Source: a candidate division FCPU426 bacterium
GTDB lineage: Bacteria; Oederibacteriota; Muellerivitia; Muellerivitales; Muellerivitaceae
NCBI GenBank assembly: GCA_963847625.1
Contig: CAWKAR010000003.1
Location: 96,001 to 160,000 of the forward strand
Length of the DNA stretch: 64,000 nucleotides
Direction of reading: 5' to 3'
The notes beneath the pieces are model-generated. The model saw only the letters and a list, made by a program, of their open reading frames with translations, searched no databases and was not told the DNA's origin. A program made the translations under genes and the position numbers. Below are positions 57,545 through 64,000 of the stretch, piece after piece (within the stretch, counting starts at the first letter, position 1; the number at the start of each line of letters is the position of its first letter).

Positions 57545-58405
57545 TTAATCTTTTATATCCGTCGATAACTTCAAGATGAAATTATTTTTCCCCTTCTTTT
57601 TTGCCTTGTACATAAGGCCGTCAGCGTCCCGGATGGCGTCCTTGATGGATTGAGGGGCCCTCACATAGGTGACAGCTCCCGCGCTGAACGTCACGTCCCT
57701 GTTGCTTTCCCGCATCACATGGTTCAATTTTTCGAAAATCTCCGGAATCCTGGCTTCCGCCTGGGCCATGGAGAGATCGGGCAGCATCAAGACGAATTCA
57801 TCCCCCCCGATTCGCGCGCTCAAGTCGTTCTTTCGCAAGTTGGTTTTCAGGGTATTCCCCACCAAAACCAAGACCTCATCCCCCTCCGCGTGGCCAAGGG
57901 TATCGTTGATTTGCTTGAAATTGTCCATGTCGAAATAAACCACCGTGAAGGGCAGTCCTTTTTGGGCATTGGCCTTCATTTCCTGCCCGGCTTTTTGGAA
58001 AAACGTTTGGAAATTGAGGAGACCCGTCAAGCCGTCCCTCTCGGCCATGTAAGTGACCTTATCCAGGTTTTTATTCAACCGGTCCAGGACAAAGGAAAAA
58101 ATCAGGAAAAAAACGAGATTGGCGCAACCGTTTAAAAACTCGTTGCTGGAGAAGCCATGTCCCGAAGGATAAGAGGTCATCCATTCAATGACGGCGATGA
58201 CGATGGTGCAAAAAAAGGAATAAGCCGCGCCCGCGAGGAAACCCGAATTCCATACGATTAAGAAAATGGGGACAAGGTGGAAATAGGCAAGATTCAGTTC
58301 CGGGCCTGTGATGTAGTCTAAATATTCGTCAAACAGGAACAAGGCCAGGGCAATGTATAGAATCGTGTATTTAGATTGTTTCTTAACCCAATTCCCGGGA
58401 CTCAT
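57545..58405 (-). CDS. Membrane-anchored diguanylate cyclase
   Basis: About four TM helices; DGLTGLLN, DMDNFKQIND, RKND I-site, ARIGGDEF. Confidence 0.93.
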   Translation of the reverse strand: MSPGNWVKKQSKYTILYIALALFLFDEYLDYITGPELNLAYFHLVPIFLIVWNSGFLAGAAYSFFCTIVIAVIEWMTSYPSGHGFSSNEFLNGCANLVFFLIFSFVLDRLNKNLDKVTYMAERDGLTGLLNFQTFFQKAGQEMKANAQKGLPFTVVYFDMDNFKQINDTLGHAEGDEVLVLVGNTLKTNLRKNDLSARIGGDEFVLMLPDLSMAQAEARIPEIFEKLNHVMRESNRDVTFSAGAVTYVRAPQSIKDAIRDADGLMYKAKKKGKNNFILKLSTDIKD

Positions 58406-58866
58406 GCAAACCTCATTTGAAGCTCAATGATTTTTTGACGTTCGAAATACCGGCAATGAGTTTACCAATCTCTATTCCCAAGTGAAATAGGATAAAAAGC
58501 GTTTCAAGAATCAATTTTTAGGGTTTAACTGAAAGTAATACGTAATTATTTTCATGCATAGCAATCCAAATAAAACAAAATCTAGTGAATAAAGATAAAT
58601 AAAATCAGGAATTCTTAGGTCTTAAAGGCGTTAAGCAAAACCAAGTACTTAGCCACGGATTCAGGGGATGCATTTAGATTGGGGGAATAAAAGGCTTTAA
58701 ACGTTTGTTAAATCCCATGAATCCCATGCATGCCAGCCTTCCATAAATCTAATAAGGTGGCTGGTATCGTACCGATTTCATTAACTGTTTTATTGTGAAT
58801 CGGCACATCTGTGGCTAAATATTATTTTGGAAAGGTGTGAATTAATGTATTTTGCGAATGCTTTGG

Positions 58867-60726
58867 TTAATTTTCGGCGGAGTGGAGGCCGCCGGAGCCG
58901 GCCTTGAATTCCAGGTTGGTTTGGCCCGTGAGGCTCTCGATGAGCTCGGCGCAGTTCCAGAGGCAGGCCCCGCAATGGACGCATTTTTCGCGGTCGAAGT
59001 TGATTCCGCCGTCCTCCGCGATCGCCAGGGCCTGGCCCGAGCACATGTCGATGCAAAGCTTCCTCTCGCAGGCGACACAACGGACCGGCTTCAGCACCAC
59101 CACGTGGTCGGAGAATCCCGGCACGGCCTGGACCTTCCCGCCCATCAATAGGGCGTCCTGGTGCGAGACCAATAGTTTCCCGTCCATTTCCACCTGGGGC
59201 CATCCCACCTTGTCCATGAGGGCGTCGTGCAGGCTGGCGCCGGAAGCAGTGCAATTTTTTCGGATGTCCTCGATTTCCTGGGGGGTTATTCTTCCCTTGT
59301 AATATTCCTCCAGGGTGGGAACACGCTGGTGCGGCGCGAGGTTTTTCCCGGGCCATCCCAAATAGCCGCAGGTCATCCCGGCCAGGGCCATTCCCGCCAT
59401 CCCCTGGACGAACCCCTTCTGGAACCCGTCCCGGGCCTTCTCGGCCATCAGGCCCTCGTGGTGCACCCAGCTTTCCCTCCGGCGCTTGACGTAGGTGTGT
59501 TCCAGGTCCGTCTTGTTGAAGGGCTTGTTGTTCTTGAGGATCTCGAGCACCCCTTCGGCCAGTTGGACGCCCGTGGCCCAGGCCTCGTCCACGCCCGAGT
59601 TGGTCAGGACGTTGGTGGAACCGGAGCCTTCCCCGATGCGCGCGAAACCGTCCCCCACCAGGTAAGGTTCGCCCCTCATTCCCGATTCCTGCAGGGACTT
59701 GGCGCCCCAGGAGCGCAATGTCGCTCCCCGCAAATGCTTCCAGAGGGCCGGATGCCGCATCCAGTGCTGGAGGTAGCGGTAGGCGGTCCGGGCCGGGTTG
59801 TCGAACCAGGAGGGCACGAAGATGCCGGCGGCCGCGACGTTTCCGGGATAGACATAGAGGAAACCGAAAATTTCTGGTTCTGGAAAGCCCAGGGTATGCA
59901 GAACCGTTCCCGGTTTTAGTTGGCTATCCCCCGGCAGGTCCACCACCACTTTCATGCCCAGGGCCCACTCGTGGCTGGAATGGCCGGGTGGCATTCCGAA
60001 ATGGCGGTCAAGCTGGCGCCCGATGGGGCCCACCGGCCCGTCCCCCACCACTGTCAGGCCCGCGCGGATTTCCATGCCAGGGAGAAAGCCTTCCCCGGGA
60101 TTTCCCTTCGTGTCCACGCCCTGGTCCGCCAGGCGCACTCCCACCATGCGGCCTTGCTCGATCACCGCCTCGGCCACCGGGGAACCTGGCCAAACCTGGA
60201 CCAGGCCCGATGACATCAGTTGGGACCCCACCCATTGGTTGAACTGGCCCAAGGAACATACGAAACCGTCTTTTTTATGGAGGTAGCGGGGAATGTAGGG
60301 CAGGGCGAAGGACATGTCCTTGGTGATTCCGGGAATCTTCTTTAATACAGCGTCCACGGCGCGGACCAATCCGGGTCTTCGGCTGGCCCCGATGGGGTCC
60401 ATCAGGTATAGGACCTTTTCCTGGGTAACCGGGGAAAACAAGGGGATTTGGTTGAAGTCCATGCCGGGGTAGGAAGCCTTGATGCTTCTTCCCCGGGTGA
60501 CCACGCCCGAGACCCCGAAACCCAGGTCGTCGGCCCTCTCGTAGCAAAGTACCTGCAGGGGCGATCCGGGGCTGACCCGGCTTTCGGCATAGGCGGCACC
60601 GGCGGCTTCCGTAAGACCTTTGGAGAGAGCCGTGAGGAACCCGCCCGTGGCGGGGCCGAAACCCACGCACACGATGTCGGCCGACAGGGTTTGGCGCTCC
60701 AGGGAATTGGGGTTCTGTTCGCTCAC
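58867..60726 (-). CDS. ETF:quinone oxidoreductase/FixC-like flavoprotein with fused ferredoxin
   Basis: DIVCVGFGPA FAD motif; C-terminal CVAC..CIDMC and CVHCGAC. Confidence 0.88.
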   Translation of the reverse strand: MSEQNPNSLERQTLSADIVCVGFGPATGGFLTALSKGLTEAAGAAYAESRVSPGSPLQVLCYERADDLGFGVSGVVTRGRSIKASYPGMDFNQIPLFSPVTQEKVLYLMDPIGASRRPGLVRAVDAVLKKIPGITKDMSFALPYIPRYLHKKDGFVCSLGQFNQWVGSQLMSSGLVQVWPGSPVAEAVIEQGRMVGVRLADQGVDTKGNPGEGFLPGMEIRAGLTVVGDGPVGPIGRQLDRHFGMPPGHSSHEWALGMKVVVDLPGDSQLKPGTVLHTLGFPEPEIFGFLYVYPGNVAAAGIFVPSWFDNPARTAYRYLQHWMRHPALWKHLRGATLRSWGAKSLQESGMRGEPYLVGDGFARIGEGSGSTNVLTNSGVDEAWATGVQLAEGVLEILKNNKPFNKTDLEHTYVKRRRESWVHHEGLMAEKARDGFQKGFVQGMAGMALAGMTCGYLGWPGKNLAPHQRVPTLEEYYKGRITPQEIEDIRKNCTASGASLHDALMDKVGWPQVEMDGKLLVSHQDALLMGGKVQAVPGFSDHVVVLKPVRCVACERKLCIDMCSGQALAIAEDGGINFDREKCVHCGACLWNCAELIESLTGQTNLEFKAGSGGLHSAEN

Positions 60727-60935
60727 TCACTTACTCCCTTACAGGTCTTTTCCTTTTATTAATTTAATCGCACAATTTTTACCTATACCGCGAGGCAAAT
60801 CGCCAACAGTTTTTCCCCCTTTGAAAAAGGGGGTTAGGGGGTATTAGTTGTTGCCAAAGGAAAAAGCTAACTTCCCCTCAATCCCCCTCTTTCAGAGGGG
60901 GAGATTTTTTTCGCATACCCAAAGTCGTTATCCGC

Positions 60936-63177
60936 TTATTGGGGATAATCCAAGGCCTCGGGAATCATGACGCGGGATAAATTCTCGGCGGCCCGGTCCT
61001 TGGCAAGACGGCATCCGGTCAGGCAGGCGTCCAGCCTGGAACGCATGCTGATGAAGGTCTCCAGGCCGTCCAGCCTCACACAGGGCCCCCGCTTGAGGGG
61101 GTGCTGGTTGTCCTTGTCCATCACGTCGGTGTAACCCAGGGCCCCGCCCTCGATGCCGGGAATGACCGCTTCCAGGTCCTCCAGTTCCAACTCGTTGAAG
61201 CAGGCCTTGCAGCCTTCCTCGGTCCAGCGGGGATGGACGTTGTAGCCGAACACCAGCTCGGCGCAGATGCGGGAGGCTTCCCCGGAAGCGCGCGCGGCCT
61301 GGACCTGGCACAGGTCCTTGTAGAAGGAAAGGATTCCCGGCATGGCTTCCGCCAGGTTGGGGTTGGCGGGCCCCTTGGATTCCAGTTCCATGTAGTCCAG
61401 GATCTGGTGCCGGGCCGCCAACAGCCAGCAAAGGGCGTCGGCCATGGGGAAAGTCACACCCTGGCGGTTGGATTGGTAAAGCTTGTGGCCCGTGTCGTCA
61501 GTGGCTTCCTGCAGGTGCTTCAGGGTCCAGATCCATAGTTGCAGGGCGGTACCCAGGGCGCAGGCCCCGGTCTCGGGATCGGTGGAGGCGATGGACTTGA
61601 GGTCCCTGATCCAGTCCCGGAGCTGTTCCAGGAAAACCTCGTGGGTCATGGTCAGGGAAAGCTGGCGGCGCTGGACGGACTCGGGCCCCTCGTAGGTGGC
61701 CTCCAAGTTGCGCGTCCATCCACTTGTGGCCCAGGAAACCCGGGCAATCCTCGGTGATCCCGTAGCCGCCCATCAGGCTGACCGCTTCCCGCAGGGAATT
61801 CGCTCCCTGCCCCGTGTTCCAAAGCTTGGTGGCGGGACAAAGCACATTGGCCACCGATTCCATCAGGGAGAACCTCACCAGGGTATCCTTGCCGAGGGCC
61901 TCAAACTTGGTCTCGTCCCGTCGCCCGGCGGGAAGCCGGGACAGCCTCAGGTATTCCCGGGCCTGCTCGTCCACCTTGGACATCTCCCTCAATTGGGCGC
62001 GGGTTCCCTTGGCGCCGCGGGATTCCAGGATCTTGTCTTTCTCCTTTTCCAGCGGGTCCAATTCGTCGAACAATCGGGCGGCGGCGAAACCCAGGGAGGC
62101 CCCTGCCTCCCCCATTCCCCACACCTCGACCAGGCGGTGGAGGGCGTCCTGCTTGGTCTGGATTCCCAATTCATAACGGGGTGTTCCCGGCGCGGCGGCG
62201 GTTCCGCCCCGGAACCTTTGCCGGTGGTAACGGATGACCGGCTCGATGGCCGAAAGGAGCTTGGCGGCGGTCATGAGTCCCACGGTGACGCGGGTGCGTT
62301 TGAACACGGCCTCGATCACCTCCCCGTGGCTGTAATTGGGGATGATCACCCCGTCCTTCACGGTATAGCCGCCCACGATGCGGGAAGCCGGGACCTTGAG
62401 CTGGAAATTCGGGTCGCGGGTGGAGGAAAGCTGGTGCACCAGTTTTTTCGTCGGGGTCCCCCGGTCGAAAACCCCGGGATCGCCTTCCTCCAGGATGATC
62501 ATGCAGGAGGATTTGATGCGCTTGTCGTCGGTGTCCACGGCGGCGGTGACGATTTCGGCGTAGTCCATGTTGGTGATGAAACGGCCCCGCTTGTCCACTT
62601 CCAGCAGGGGTTCCTTCCCTTCCTTCCATTCGGCCACGCGGAGTTTTCCGCACATAATCCCCGTTTCAACCCCCACGTAGGGGAGGGGTTCGGTCAGGGC
62701 AAAGGCCGCCCTCAGGGTCTTCCGGTCCTCGCCCGGTTTTGGGGGGGCGGCGCATGCCATGTACTTGGCTATTTGTTCGGGAGTTCCGCACTCATGGATG
62801 GGGGCCAGTCCCAGGTTTCCCGCCAGGGAGGCCGTGGCCGCGCCGCCGTCCACCCAGGCCAGTTCAAAAGCCACCAGGGCCATGGCCAGGTTCTTGGGGC
62901 CCTCGAAAAGGCCGCCATAGGCGGGGTCCAGGAAGGCCGCGGTGATGCCGGACTCGTCGTAAACCTTGAGGAGGGAATCTTTTTCCTTCGTCCATTCGTG
63001 GCTGTTCCTGACGCCCTGGGCCACCAGCCGGGCCACCGGGCCGCGCGCCACCGACCGGGAGGATTGCACGAGAAGCTGCAGGTCATAACGGTCGGTAAAA
63101 CGCCATTGGATCTGGCGCACTTCGTCCCCCGGGAGGGTTTGCAGGTAAGGTGTAGATGCGGTTTGGGTTTCACTCAT
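60936..63177 (-). pseudogene. Long acyl-CoA dehydrogenase split by a single-base frameshift near 61707 (real or sequencing error)
   Basis: AFALTEP, GRFITN, AVSLMGGYG...MDAQL continues as EATYEGPESVQ in the shifted frame. Confidence 0.85.
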
Positions 63178-63413
63178 GGCGTTCTCCCCCTAGTATTCAT
63201 CCGAAAAAATCGCGCCGAAAAACAGGCTGGGCCATCCTCATTGAAAAAACCGGCTGGCAGCAGGCCTCGGTTAAAACCAATTTCGGGAAGCCCCACTGGC
63301 GTCTCATGATATTGAAAATTGACTAAATTTCTATGATTTAAATCACCCGAAAGCAGCCTGTCATCACACCTTTGAAGCCATTCGTCTGAAGTTTTGAGTA
63401 AGGGTTGCTCTCC

Positions 63414-64000
63414 TTATTCCAGGACACAATGGCTGACCCGGTTCCGCCCTTCCTTCTTCGCCTGGTAAAGGGCCTTGTCCACCTGGGCGATGATGGAATC
63501 CATGGGAATCTTCCGGTCGATCGGGGTCACCCCGCATCCCAGGCTTAACGTGATTTTTAGGATGCCCTTTGGGGTCACGATGGGACTGGATTCCATTGCG
63601 GAGCGGATCCTCTCGGCGATGTCCCGGATCAAGGAGTCATCCACCTTCGGGAAAACCATCAGGAATTCCTCCCCTCCGTACCGGCCCGCCGAGTCGCTGG
63701 ACCTCAGGCAGGACCTGATCCGGTACGCCGTTTCCAGCAAGACCACATCCCCGGTGGGATGGCCGAAGGTATCGTTGATGTTCTTGAAATGGTCCAAGTC
63801 GGCCATAATGATGCCCACGTTTGATCCCGTCCGGGACGCCTTTTTCCATTCCATTTCCAGGATTTCCAGGATGGCGCCCCGGTTCCAAAGGCGGGTCAGG
63901 GAATCCACCAGCGCCTGGTTGCGCAGGTGGTTCCTTTCCCGGAGAAGGGCTTGGTTGAGTTGGTTGACCTGCGCCAAGCCCAATTCAGTGACAGCCAGGG
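63414..64000 (-). CDS. Diguanylate cyclase (5' part outside window)
   Basis: DSLTRLWNR, DLDHFKNIND, RSSD I-site, GRYGGEEF; frame is open to the window edge. Confidence 0.93.
   Translation of the reverse strand, partial: LAVTELGLAQVNQLNQALLRERNHLRNQALVDSLTRLWNRGAILEILEMEWKKASRTGSNVGIIMADLDHFKNINDTFGHPTGDVVLLETAYRIRSCLRSSDSAGRYGGEEFLMVFPKVDDSLIRDIAERIRSAMESSPIVTPKGILKITLSLGCGVTPIDRKIPMDSIIAQVDKALYQAKKEGRNRVSHCVLE

Noticed and set aside
60812..60908. CCCCCTTTGAAAAAGGGGG / CCCCCTCTTTCAGAGGGGG hairpin pair as a novel element
   Set aside because: Looks like a commonplace intergenic REP-like palindrome pair; single occurrence here.
61696..63309. Long antisense ORFs (537 aa here; also 22240..23130, 33920..34885) and alternative-frame ORFs (35100..36164, 41565..42677)
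   Set aside because: They shadow well-supported genes in GC-rich coding DNA and have no recognisable motifs.

Overview
Accessory-rich bacterial window in four parts. (1) 1-14316: an ICE-like module with a tyrosine integrase (runs off the left edge), excisionase, SpoVG-like protein, TPR-GGDEF protein, a minimal VirB2/B3/B4/B6/B8-like T4SS, envelope proteins and a divergent XRE regulator. No relaxase or coupling protein is visible. (2) 14510-16395: an AbiE-type (type IV) toxin-antitoxin pair. (3) 16696-49633: about 33 kb of cargo cut into eight functionally coherent modules by nine co-oriented 30-bp dyad sites (best example TTGTCCACGAA-GGGTCCCC-TTCGTGGACAA, central TC invariant). Two sites carry a 25-nt covarying hairpin insert, and the last reads like a tRNA 3' end. 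The modules encode oxidative/sulfur stress functions, hemerythrin plus adenylate cyclase, an NHL lipoprotein, nitroreductase plus HemA, a Cyc2-like/bc/bd-like respiratory cluster with Tat and cytochrome c maturation, two type II TA pairs and a P-loop kinase. This site-delimited array is the best candidate for an undescribed integron-like system. (4) 49663-64000: a GIY-YIG pseudogene, an IS1380 transposition unit that captured 1.2 kb of the AbiE locus (TTTAA target duplication), a 42/43-bp tandem repeat split by an IS256, and an acyl-CoA dehydrogenase/ETF-QO/ETF operon with two GGDEF genes. All calls come from reading the sequence and motifs by eye; no database searches were run.
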